Source: a bacterium
GTDB taxonomy: Bacteria > Oederibacteriota > CAKKQC01
DNA: 64,000 nt
Direction: 5' to 3'
Assembly (NCBI GenBank): GCA_919901855.1
Contig: CAKKQC010000041.1
Coordinates: 5,088-69,087 of the forward strand
Shown: positions 51,576 through 59,041 of the stretch, in pieces
How positions within the stretch are numbered: position 1 is the first letter of the stretch
How the letters are laid out: every line of letters starts with the position of its first letter
Program-made: the position numbers and the translations under genes
The notes under the pieces: generated by a model
What the model was told of the DNA's origin: nothing
Databases searched by the model: none
Seen by the model: the letters and a program-made list of their open reading frames with translations, nothing else

Positions 51576-52661
51576 TCAGAACCTGAGCTTCTCTTTGCGC
51601 AGGAAGTCCGCCTGTTCCCGGCCGCGACCAGGATTCGCCGAAAGGTCCAGGTAGAGCTGTATGTTTCCGACAAGTGACTTGCCCTCAACATTCTGTGCGC
51701 CATAGAAGACGCCCATGTCGTACGGCAGGAGGAGAACGATGTTCCCTCCGGACTCCACCGGCCTCAAGTCCATCGCTTTGACCCACTCGTCTACCGCTCC
51801 AGCGTCAGGAACATACACCTCAACCGAGCCCACGCCGCGGACGAAAGGCGCAACCAAGCTGGCAGCGGCGAACGAGGTGATCGCATACTGCCACTTGCGA
51901 TCGGCACCAATAGCTGCGAGGGCAGTCATGCTGCGATCGGGATCACGCTCAAAAGAGAAGTAGGTGAATCTGCCCGTGCGAGACGGATCGTACGCATCCC
52001 TCCAGGCGTCGAGAAGTAAAGCGGGCTGAGCAAGGCGAAGAAGGCGGCCGTCCCGGCCGAGGAAACCATCTTCGATGAGCCGCGAGCACACCTTGGAGGC
52101 CAATCCAACGCTGACTCCAACCTCTCCGGCGAGCTCTGTGAGTTTCCATGCTCGCTTCGGTGCCTCCAACAGAGCCCTGATGAGTCGGCTTGAGACTGGG
52201 GTGAAGAGGGATCGCGGCCTTCCGCGCACAGGAAATGGATTGCTCTCGACCAGACGCTCGATGTAGATCCCGTCGAACTGGATGAAGCAGTTCCCAGCAA
52301 GGTCAAGGTAGCCGGTGTTCTCTTGCCGACAGATCTCCTGGACCTGAGGGCTTATGTAGGCCGAAGCGAGCATCGGGTACGCGCCAGGGATTGACTGCGC
52401 ACATGCCCTCAATTGACGGAGACTCTCCCGCACTCGTCCCGGCGGCAGGCTCGCCTTCACCTCAATGACAAGACGCCGTGGCTGCCGCAGAGAGGTGATG
52501 ACGTCGGCGATGATGTCGACCCCAACATCCCCAATCCGGACTTCCCGCTGGACCTTTGAAATCTTGAGTCCAGGGGCCAGATTCGGCAATTTGTTCGCGA
52601 TTGCTGCCTCAAGAGCCTGCGGGCTGATTCGAGGAGATATCACTATATTAGGCATGTTCAC
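51576..52661 (-). CDS. AbiEi-like antitoxin/regulator candidate with N-terminal PD-(D/E)xK-like module
   Basis: It lies 2 nt upstream of the NTase gene. GVDIIADV...RRLVIEVK is a D...ExK pattern. A wHTH-like stretch WKLTELAGEVGVSVGLASKVCSRLIEDGFL follows. The C-terminal part resembles AbiEi C-domains (VEVYVPD..., NIVLLLP, QLYLDL). GTG 52661 or ATG 52655 could be the start. Confidence 0.7.
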   Translation of the reverse strand: MNMPNIVISPRISPQALEAAIANKLPNLAPGLKISKVQREVRIGDVGVDIIADVITSLRQPRRLVIEVKASLPPGRVRESLRQLRACAQSIPGAYPMLASAYISPQVQEICRQENTGYLDLAGNCFIQFDGIYIERLVESNPFPVRGRPRSLFTPVSSRLIRALLEAPKRAWKLTELAGEVGVSVGLASKVCSRLIEDGFLGRDGRLLRLAQPALLLDAWRDAYDPSRTGRFTYFSFERDPDRSMTALAAIGADRKWQYAITSFAAASLVAPFVRGVGSVEVYVPDAGAVDEWVKAMDLRPVESGGNIVLLLPYDMGVFYGAQNVEGKSLVGNIQLYLDLSANPGRGREQADFLRKEKLRF

Positions 52662-52672
52662 TCGCCAGTGAA

Positions 52673-52702
52673 AGTATATCTAATAGGATAGCATCCTGTC
52701 AA
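52673..52702 (-). promoter_or_regulatory. near-consensus promoter TTGACA-18-TATACT with inverted repeat AGGAT-N3-ATCCT in the spacer
   Basis: On the minus strand TTGACA is at 52702-52697 and TATACT at 52678-52673. The inverted repeat is at 52685-52697. The promoter lies 11 nt before GTG 52661. Confidence 0.5.
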
Positions 52703-52714
52703 CCACCAGCCTAG

Positions 52715-53836
52715 TCACGGCCGGGCCTCCCCTCGAACGGCGAGCATCCCGGCGCGCACCATCCAGCCGACGAGGGCGAGCCCCAGGATGACGAGAACGA
52801 GAAAGACCGCGAGGGGGCCGGACTGTACCTTCAGCGGGAGCGAGGCGGGGTCGAACACGGACGCGATCTCGCGCGACTGGACCCACTGCCGGGAGGCTAC
52901 GTTGGCGGCGAGCGCCGCGAGCTGCACCGCCACGACCAGGTCGGCTCCCCCGGCCCGGCGCGAGGCTTTCCACGCCAGCCCCCACGCGACGACGGGCAGG
53001 AGCGCCGAGAGCATGGCCAGCCCGTGCGGCAGGGGCATGGCGAAGACCGCACCGCGGACATCGGCGGAGAGCGCGCCGAAGATGTACCAGAGGCCCATGG
53101 CCCCGAAAAGCGCGAGCCCGAGCGTGTGGATCCGGAATGCCCAGCGCCGCGCCCAGACCCGATAGCCTTCACTCTCGCGCGCCGCGAGGACCTGGGCGTC
53201 GAAGAGCAGGTACGCGGCCGTAGTGGTGACCCCGAGCCCGAGCATCATGAGCCAGCGCGGGACCAGCGTGGGATCCCCGAGGTTGAGCGCCAGGCCGCCC
53301 ACAGCCCCAAAGCGGGCCGTGCCGTCGAAGATCGCGAGCATGCGCCCCCCGTTCGCCATGAGCGAGAAGCCGTTGGCGAAGATGAACCCGACGGCCAGCA
53401 CGAGCCCGGCGGCGGCCGCGCCCGCCACGAGCCGCAGCCGCCCCGGCCACCCCGCGGACGGGAGCATGGCAAAGGCGTACACGCCCGCGTAGGCCACGAG
53501 GAGGAGCGGGACGATGGAGAACCACGGCCACGCGACCAGGATCGTGGCCGGGTACGCGACCGGCGCGAAGACGACCTGGAGGAAGAGGAGGGGCACGATG
53601 CCGAGGTTGACGGCCACCGCGACCGCGACCGGCAGGGCGCCGCCCAGCCGGGCCGCCAGCCGCCGGCCGTGCTCCCCCCCCAGGAGGGCCGCCGCGATCG
53701 CGACCGGAATCCCGGCATACACGAGGTGCATGGCCGCGACGTGGAGGAAGAACCCGACGCCCTTGAGCACGAGCAGGAGCCCGAGGGGCGCCGGAAGACC
53801 CGCCACGGGCGGAGCGAGCGGGAACTCAGGTCCCAT
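52715..53836 (-). CDS. polytopic membrane protein, partner of the CydA-like/cytochrome c protein
   Basis: About 9-10 hydrophobic helices. It overlaps the upstream gene by 11 nt. The N-terminal helix with LHVAAMHLVYAGIP is faintly CydA-like. Otherwise unassigned. Confidence 0.7.
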   Translation of the reverse strand: MGPEFPLAPPVAGLPAPLGLLLVLKGVGFFLHVAAMHLVYAGIPVAIAAALLGGEHGRRLAARLGGALPVAVAVAVNLGIVPLLFLQVVFAPVAYPATILVAWPWFSIVPLLLVAYAGVYAFAMLPSAGWPGRLRLVAGAAAAGLVLAVGFIFANGFSLMANGGRMLAIFDGTARFGAVGGLALNLGDPTLVPRWLMMLGLGVTTTAAYLLFDAQVLAARESEGYRVWARRWAFRIHTLGLALFGAMGLWYIFGALSADVRGAVFAMPLPHGLAMLSALLPVVAWGLAWKASRRAGGADLVVAVQLAALAANVASRQWVQSREIASVFDPASLPLKVQSGPLAVFLVLVILGLALVGWMVRAGMLAVRGEARP

Positions 53837-55187
53837 CGTGCGTCTTCCCCGGCATGGAGCCCGCCAGCCCCTCGAGGTACGCGGCGAGGGCGGCCGCCTC
53901 GGCCTCCGTACCCGACCACGGCGGCATCACGAACCTGACCCGTTCCGGATGACGGACGAGGGTCCCGATCAGCTCCGGCGTCCAGCCGTGCAGGAACTGC
54001 CGGAACCCCATGTAGCCGTCCGTCGCATGACACGACCCGCAGTGGTGCATGGCGATCGCCTCGCCGAGGTCCCGGCGCGAACCGGCGGGCAGGCGCGCGA
54101 TCGCGTCACGCCGGATCGCGCCGGTCCGGTTGGCGAGCTGCGGGAAGCGCCGCAGGGCCCACCGGCGGACCCAGAGGCCGCCGTTCACCCAGCCGTTCCG
54201 CCGCAGCCCCGGCAGCTCGCCGGGCAGGACGCCGTGGCTGTAGACCTCGCCGTAGATCACGAAGGGCTTCCGCACCGCCTCGCGGATGAACTCGCCCGCG
54301 CCCACGGCCACCAGCCCCATCCCCCAGAGCAGGATGGCGAACCCGGGCGAGAGCCACGCCGGGAATCTCCGGAGCCCGGCCAGCATCATGGCCAGGACGC
54401 CGGCGACCGATCCGGCCAGCGCGGCGGCGAAGATGTTGAGCACCGGCGCGCCGATCGCGGCCGCCCGCGCGCTGGCGGGCAGCGCCGCGAACCACCAGCC
54501 CGCGCCGGCCACGAACAGCGCCGTTCCGGCGTAGACCGGCCGCGCGGCCCGGCTCACGACGAGGTCCCGGACCGGCGCGCCCGCCCGGAAGGCCGCGTGC
54601 AGGTGGACGTAGAGCGTCGCGAGCAGGAGCGCGGCGCCGGTCCGGCCGATGATCTGGGGGAGGGCCTGCGGGTTGGCGAGTCCCCGCCACACGTCCCCGC
54701 CCCAGTCTCCCGGGTTGAGCATGAACGACGTGATCGGCGTGATGATCACCAGGCTGATCCAGGCCGCGGCGGCGTAGATCCGGAGGATCGCCAGGTGGAC
54801 GCGGGGCGCGAGCGTTCCCCATCCGTACCAGAAGACGAAGGCCGAAACGATCTCGATCAGGAAGAAGACGTACTCCGCGCCCCAGGCGAAGACGAACGTC
54901 CGGATCAGGAACTCGGTGGCCAGCGGCGAGGCCAGCCCGATCGTCCACCAGATCCCGACCCCCGTGATCGAACCCCAGACCATGGTGACGAGGATGAAGA
55001 ACTTCGCGTGACCCCGGAGGTATTCGAGATAGGCCCGGTCGTTCGTCCGGTATGCATGCCCAACCTCAACGGCGAGAAAGAGGCCGCCGCCGACGGCATA
55101 TAGCGATACGAAGATGTGGAGGGTGGCCACCACGGCGATCAGCATCGGCGCCGTCAGTCCGGGCACGTCCCAGAACGGATAATGCAT
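53826..55187 (-). CDS. cytochrome bd subunit I (CydA)-like membrane protein fused to a C-terminal mono-haem cytochrome c domain
   Basis: The N-terminus (ATLHIFVSLYAVGGG, GSITGVGIWWTIG, WGAEYVFFLIEIVSAF) follows the CydA helix 1-3 pattern. The C-terminus has CGSCH (54027-54041) and FVMPPW. Confidence 0.8.
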   Translation of the reverse strand: MHYPFWDVPGLTAPMLIAVVATLHIFVSLYAVGGGLFLAVEVGHAYRTNDRAYLEYLRGHAKFFILVTMVWGSITGVGIWWTIGLASPLATEFLIRTFVFAWGAEYVFFLIEIVSAFVFWYGWGTLAPRVHLAILRIYAAAAWISLVIITPITSFMLNPGDWGGDVWRGLANPQALPQIIGRTGAALLLATLYVHLHAAFRAGAPVRDLVVSRAARPVYAGTALFVAGAGWWFAALPASARAAAIGAPVLNIFAAALAGSVAGVLAMMLAGLRRFPAWLSPGFAILLWGMGLVAVGAGEFIREAVRKPFVIYGEVYSHGVLPGELPGLRRNGWVNGGLWVRRWALRRFPQLANRTGAIRRDAIARLPAGSRRDLGEAIAMHHCGSCHATDGYMGFRQFLHGWTPELIGTLVRHPERVRFVMPPWSGTEAEAAALAAYLEGLAGSMPGKTHDGT

Positions 55188-55194
55188 TGGCGCT

Positions 55195-55200
55195 ACTGTA
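55195..55200 (-). promoter_or_regulatory. -10-like TACAGT, 7 nt upstream of ATG 55187
   Basis: Member of the recurrent pattern. It lies in the 21-nt gap after the hemY stop. Confidence 0.35.
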
Positions 55201-55208
55201 GCACCCGG

Positions 55209-56585
55209 TCAGGCCAGCGTGTCGGCGGCCGCCTCCCCGCTCCGGATGCACTCCGGGAGCCCGATCCCCTCGTACGCGTTTCCCGCCAGCTTGAGGCCCG
55301 CCAGGGCCTTCTCGCGCTCGCGGATCGCGCGGACCCGGTCGAGATGACCCACGCCGTACTGGGCCATGGCCACCCGGGTGCGCCACACCCACGAGAACTC
55401 GGGCTCGCCGCGGATGCCCAGCAGGGCGGCGGTCTCCACGTGCGCGAGCGCGGCCAGCTCCGGGGAAGGCAGGTCGGCCTCCTTCGACGTCAGGGTGCCG
55501 CCGAAGAACGCGCGCAGCAGGACCTGGCCCCTGGGCGCGCGGCCCGCGTACTTGACGCTCGAGAACGTGCACGCGAGGAGGCGGCTCCGCTCGGCCGCGG
55601 GCACCACGAGGCCGAACCCGTCCAGCCGGTGCCGGATCTGGTCGCGCGTGTACCCGAGGTTCACGGTCGCCGTTGACGCGTACGGAATGCCGCCGAGCAG
55701 CTCCGCGAGGGAGGCGTCGAACGGCCGCACGAGCGCGGCCACGCCCGGGGCGGGCAGCGCCAGGATCACGGCGTCCGCCTCGATCGTCTCGCCCCCCGTG
55801 CGCACCCGCCACCCCGCCCCCGCGCGCTCGACCGCATCCACGCGAGCCGAGCACCGGACCGTCCCCGCCGGCAACCGCGCCACCACCGCGTCGACGATCG
55901 CCCCCAGCCCGCCCGTCATCGACGCGAAGACCCCGTACCGGGCCCCCGAAGCCTGTCCCTCGGATTGCCCCGCCTTCCGCCGGGCCCGCATGGCCAGGAT
56001 GAGGCTCCGGTGCTTCTTCTCCAGCTCGAGGAACATGGGGAAGGTGGCGCGGAGCGAGAGCTGGGCGGGGTCCGCCGTGTAGATCCCGGCCACGAGCGGC
56101 TGGGCGAGCCAGTCGAGGACCTCGCGGCCGAACCGGCGGCGCACGAACGACGCGAGGCTCTCGTCCGTTTGGCCCCCCCCCGCCGGCAGGATGAGGTCCA
56201 GCGCCGCCCGGATCTTGCCCGGCCACGAGAGCAGGCGCGTCGTCATGAACGGCCGCAGCCGGGTCGGCGCGAGGAGGTAGAACCCCTCGGGGATCGGGTA
56301 GAGCCGGCCGCGGCGGACGATGAACGCGCGCCGGTGCTCGGGATTCGTGCCGATGACCTCGCCCTCGAGCCCGAGCCGCTTCACGAGGTCGATCGCGCCG
56401 GGCTTGTAGGTGATGAACGCGTCCGGCCCGCCCTCGAGCAGCCACTGGTCCCGCCGGATCGTCTTGATCGCGCCGCCGGGCTCCGACGCCGCCTCGAGGA
56501 CGGTGACCGCAGCCTCGCGCTCGACGAGCCGGAGCGCGGCCGCGAGCCCCGTGATGCCGCCGCCCACGACGACGACGCGCTTCAT
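55209..56585 (-). CDS. protoporphyrinogen/coproporphyrinogen III oxidase (HemY type, FAD-dependent)
   Basis: MKRVVVVGGGITGLAAALRL is an FAD dinucleotide fold, and the protein is HemY-like throughout. The ATG at 56585 overlaps the hemH stop (ATGA). Confidence 0.9.
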   Translation of the reverse strand: MKRVVVVGGGITGLAAALRLVEREAAVTVLEAASEPGGAIKTIRRDQWLLEGGPDAFITYKPGAIDLVKRLGLEGEVIGTNPEHRRAFIVRRGRLYPIPEGFYLLAPTRLRPFMTTRLLSWPGKIRAALDLILPAGGGQTDESLASFVRRRFGREVLDWLAQPLVAGIYTADPAQLSLRATFPMFLELEKKHRSLILAMRARRKAGQSEGQASGARYGVFASMTGGLGAIVDAVVARLPAGTVRCSARVDAVERAGAGWRVRTGGETIEADAVILALPAPGVAALVRPFDASLAELLGGIPYASTATVNLGYTRDQIRHRLDGFGLVVPAAERSRLLACTFSSVKYAGRAPRGQVLLRAFFGGTLTSKEADLPSPELAALAHVETAALLGIRGEPEFSWVWRTRVAMAQYGVGHLDRVRAIREREKALAGLKLAGNAYEGIGLPECIRSGEAAADTLA

Positions 56586-57508
56586 GCGGACTCCTCCAGC
56601 CCCGGCAGGGCCGCGTCGGCGAGGGCGCGCAGAAATCCCGGGTGCGTGCCCACCGTGCCCGCGCGGGCGAACGCCAAGCCGGCTTCCGCCACGACCCGGG
56701 CCGCTTCCATATCGAGATCCCAGCGCACCTCGAGATTGTCCGCCACGAAGCCCGCGGGCACAGCCAGCACCGCGGGCGCGCGCGCCGCAGCGGCGTCCCG
56801 GATCGCGGTCGAGATGTCCGGGCCGAGCCAGGGCTCGTCCCCCTTGGCAGACCGGCTCTGGTACGCGGCGCGCCACGCATGGTCGCCGAACCGCGCGGCC
56901 AGCGAGCATGCAGTCGCCCGCAGATCCCCCGCGTAGGTCGCGACGCCCGGCGCGGCGGCCGGCAGGCTGTGCGCGGTCAGGAGCCAGGCCGCGCCCGCAT
57001 CGCCGGCAGCCGGCTCCCGCTGGACCGCCTCGCGCACCCGGTCCGCGAGCGCGCTGATGAATCCCTCGTGGTCGAACCACGACGCCGCCCAGCGAACCGC
57101 GGGGCCGCTGGCGGGAGCATCCCGCCGCGCCTGCTCGACGGCCTCCTGGTAGGCCTCGCGGGAGGCATGGGAGCGGTGCGGGGCGAGGACGAGCGCCGAC
57201 AGCCGGTCGATCCCCTGCGCGTGCGCGGCAGCCAGGGCCTCGGCGATCGACGGCCGCCCGAACCGCATCCCGACGAAGACGGGGACGGCCCGGCCGCGGG
57301 ACGCGAGCTCGAGCGCGAGTCCCTGAGCCTGCGCCGCGGTCGCGGCCGGCAGGGGCGAGATGCCGCCGATGGCCTCGTACCGGCGCGCGATCTCATCGAT
57401 GCGCGCGGCGATCCCGGGGCGGCCCCGGAGGACGGCTTCCACGAACGGACGGACGTCCCCCGGCGCCGCCGGTCCGCCGTACGCGAGGAGCAGGACGCCG
57501 GGCGTCAT
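56582..57508 (-). CDS. hemH: ferrochelatase
   Basis: VLLLAYGGP and LLTAHSLP (catalytic His region) are present. The ATG at 57508 overlaps the hemE stop (ATGA). Confidence 0.9.
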   Translation of the reverse strand: MTPGVLLLAYGGPAAPGDVRPFVEAVLRGRPGIAARIDEIARRYEAIGGISPLPAATAAQAQGLALELASRGRAVPVFVGMRFGRPSIAEALAAAHAQGIDRLSALVLAPHRSHASREAYQEAVEQARRDAPASGPAVRWAASWFDHEGFISALADRVREAVQREPAAGDAGAAWLLTAHSLPAAAPGVATYAGDLRATACSLAARFGDHAWRAAYQSRSAKGDEPWLGPDISTAIRDAAAARAPAVLAVPAGFVADNLEVRWDLDMEAARVVAEAGLAFARAGTVGTHPGFLRALADAALPGLEESA

Positions 57509-58995
57509 CGCACCGATAGCTCGTGAACGATGTTCACGAGCGCTTTGGCGTTCCCGGCCGGCGTGGGTGGGAGGACGCCGTGCCCGAGGTTGAATATGTG
57601 GCCCGGGCGGCGGCCCGCCGCGGCGAGGACGCGCTTCGCCCCCGCCCTGATCCCGGCCAGGGACCCCAGCAGGATGTCCGGATCGAGGTTGCCTTGAACC
57701 GCCACCCGGGTCCCGAGCCGCCGGCGCGCCTCGTCGAGCGGCGTCCGGTGGTCCACCCCGATGACGGTCCCGCCCGCGTCCCGGATCAGCTCGAGCAGGG
57801 GCCCGGTCCGCGTGCCGAAGTGGATTACGGGCGACCCCCGGCGGATGCCCCGGAGGAGCGCGCGCGTGTGCGGGAAGACGTACCGCCGGTACTCGTCCGG
57901 CGACAGGCAGCCGACCCACGAGTCGAAGACCTGGACCGCCTGCGCGCCTGCGGCGAGCTGGCCGTTCAGGTGCCCCGCGAGGACGGGCGCCAGCTTCCCG
58001 AGCAGGGCGTGCCACGCCCCCTCGTCGTCGCGCATGAACGCCCGGGTCCGCTCGAAGGTCCGCGAAGAGCCGCCCTCGATCAGGTACGCGGCGATCGTGA
58101 ACGGGGCGCCCGCGAACCCGATGAGCGGCAGGCCGGGGCGCAAGGCCGCCCGCGTCCGGCGGATCGCCTCGTACACCCACGGGAGCTCGCGCGCGGGGGC
58201 GAATGGCCGGACGCGGTCCACGTCGGCCGCCCGGCGGACGGGCCGCCGGATCGACGGCCCCTCGCCCTTCTCGAACTTCACGGGGAACCCGAGCGGCCCC
58301 GTCACGACGAGGAGATCCGAGAAGATGATCGCCGCGTCCACGCCCAGCCGCTCAGCCGCGCTCACGGTGACGTCGGCCGCGAGCCCGGGGTCGCGGCAGA
58401 GCTCGAGGAACCCGACCTGCTCGCGCAGGAGCCGGTACTCCTTCATGTAGCGGCCGGCCTGCCGCATGAGCCAGACAGGCGTGAACGGAACCCGCTGGCG
58501 GCGGCAGGCGCGCAGGAACGGACTCTCGTTCAGCGCCCGCGCGCGCGCCGGCGCCCCCGCGCGCTTCGCCGCCAGCCGGGGGCCGGCCGACGCGGCGGCG
58601 CGCCGGATGAGCGGCGCCAGCCCGGAAGCCGTCACGTCCGGCTCGAGGCCGAACTCGCCCAGCTCGCGCGCCGTCGCCCGGCCGGCCGCCCCCAGGAGGG
58701 TCCGGCCGAAGGAGCGCCGGAATCCGCTCCAGAGCTCCTCGCGGACGGCCATCCGGACCGCGTGGGTCACCTGGAGGGGCGAGGTGAACAGCGCCGCGTC
58801 CGCGCGCCCCGCGGCCAGCTCGCGCACCGCGGCCCGGAGCGGCAGGGGGTCCTCCGGGAAGCGCCCGCCGGGGTCGGCCGGCACGACGAGCGCCTGCCCG
58901 CCCCGAGCGCGGATCAGGGCATGCGCGGCCCCCGGGTGGCGCGACTCGAACGCCACGACCTTGAGGCCCGAGAAGCCGGCGGAGGGTCCGGACAT
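57505..58995 (-). CDS. hemE: uroporphyrinogen decarboxylase with ~150-aa HemD-like N-terminal extension
   Basis: FTPVWLMRQAGRYMKEYR and the remainder is canonical HemE. The N-terminus resembles one half of uroporphyrinogen-III synthase. ATG 58995 lies 8 nt after TACAGT. The track start GTG 59013 is the alternative. Confidence 0.9.
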   Translation of the reverse strand: MSGPSAGFSGLKVVAFESRHPGAAHALIRARGGQALVVPADPGGRFPEDPLPLRAAVRELAAGRADAALFTSPLQVTHAVRMAVREELWSGFRRSFGRTLLGAAGRATARELGEFGLEPDVTASGLAPLIRRAAASAGPRLAAKRAGAPARARALNESPFLRACRRQRVPFTPVWLMRQAGRYMKEYRLLREQVGFLELCRDPGLAADVTVSAAERLGVDAAIIFSDLLVVTGPLGFPVKFEKGEGPSIRRPVRRAADVDRVRPFAPARELPWVYEAIRRTRAALRPGLPLIGFAGAPFTIAAYLIEGGSSRTFERTRAFMRDDEGAWHALLGKLAPVLAGHLNGQLAAGAQAVQVFDSWVGCLSPDEYRRYVFPHTRALLRGIRRGSPVIHFGTRTGPLLELIRDAGGTVIGVDHRTPLDEARRRLGTRVAVQGNLDPDILLGSLAGIRAGAKRVLAAAGRRPGHIFNLGHGVLPPTPAGNAKALVNIVHELSVR

Positions 58996-59003
58996 ACGTT
59001 CCG

Positions 59004-59034
59004 ACTGTATCACGCCGCCCGGCGGGGCTATACT
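59004..59034. promoter_or_regulatory. divergent leaderless-type -10 boxes: TACAGT (minus, hemE) and TATACT (plus, sigma factor)
   Basis: Minus-strand TACAGT (59009-59004) lies 8 nt from ATG 58995. Plus-strand TATACT (59029-59034) lies 7 nt from GTG 59042. Confidence 0.45.
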
Positions 59035-59041
59035 CGGGGGC

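Larger units (their letters stand above)
49951..52702. other. low-G+C islet carrying an AbiE-like two-gene module (probable horizontal acquisition; no mobility gene)
   Basis: Hand counts give 31/60 G+C at 50041-50100 and 28/60 at 51181-51240, against 46/60 at 49501-49560. The edges abut the GH78 start and the stop of the membrane-protein gene. Confidence 0.6.

Noticed and set aside
49950-52697. The 6-bp CATCCT at both islet edges as a target-site duplication proving transposition.
   Set aside because: It is too short to be significant, no terminal inverted repeats or transposase are present, and the right-hand copy is part of the promoter inverted repeat.
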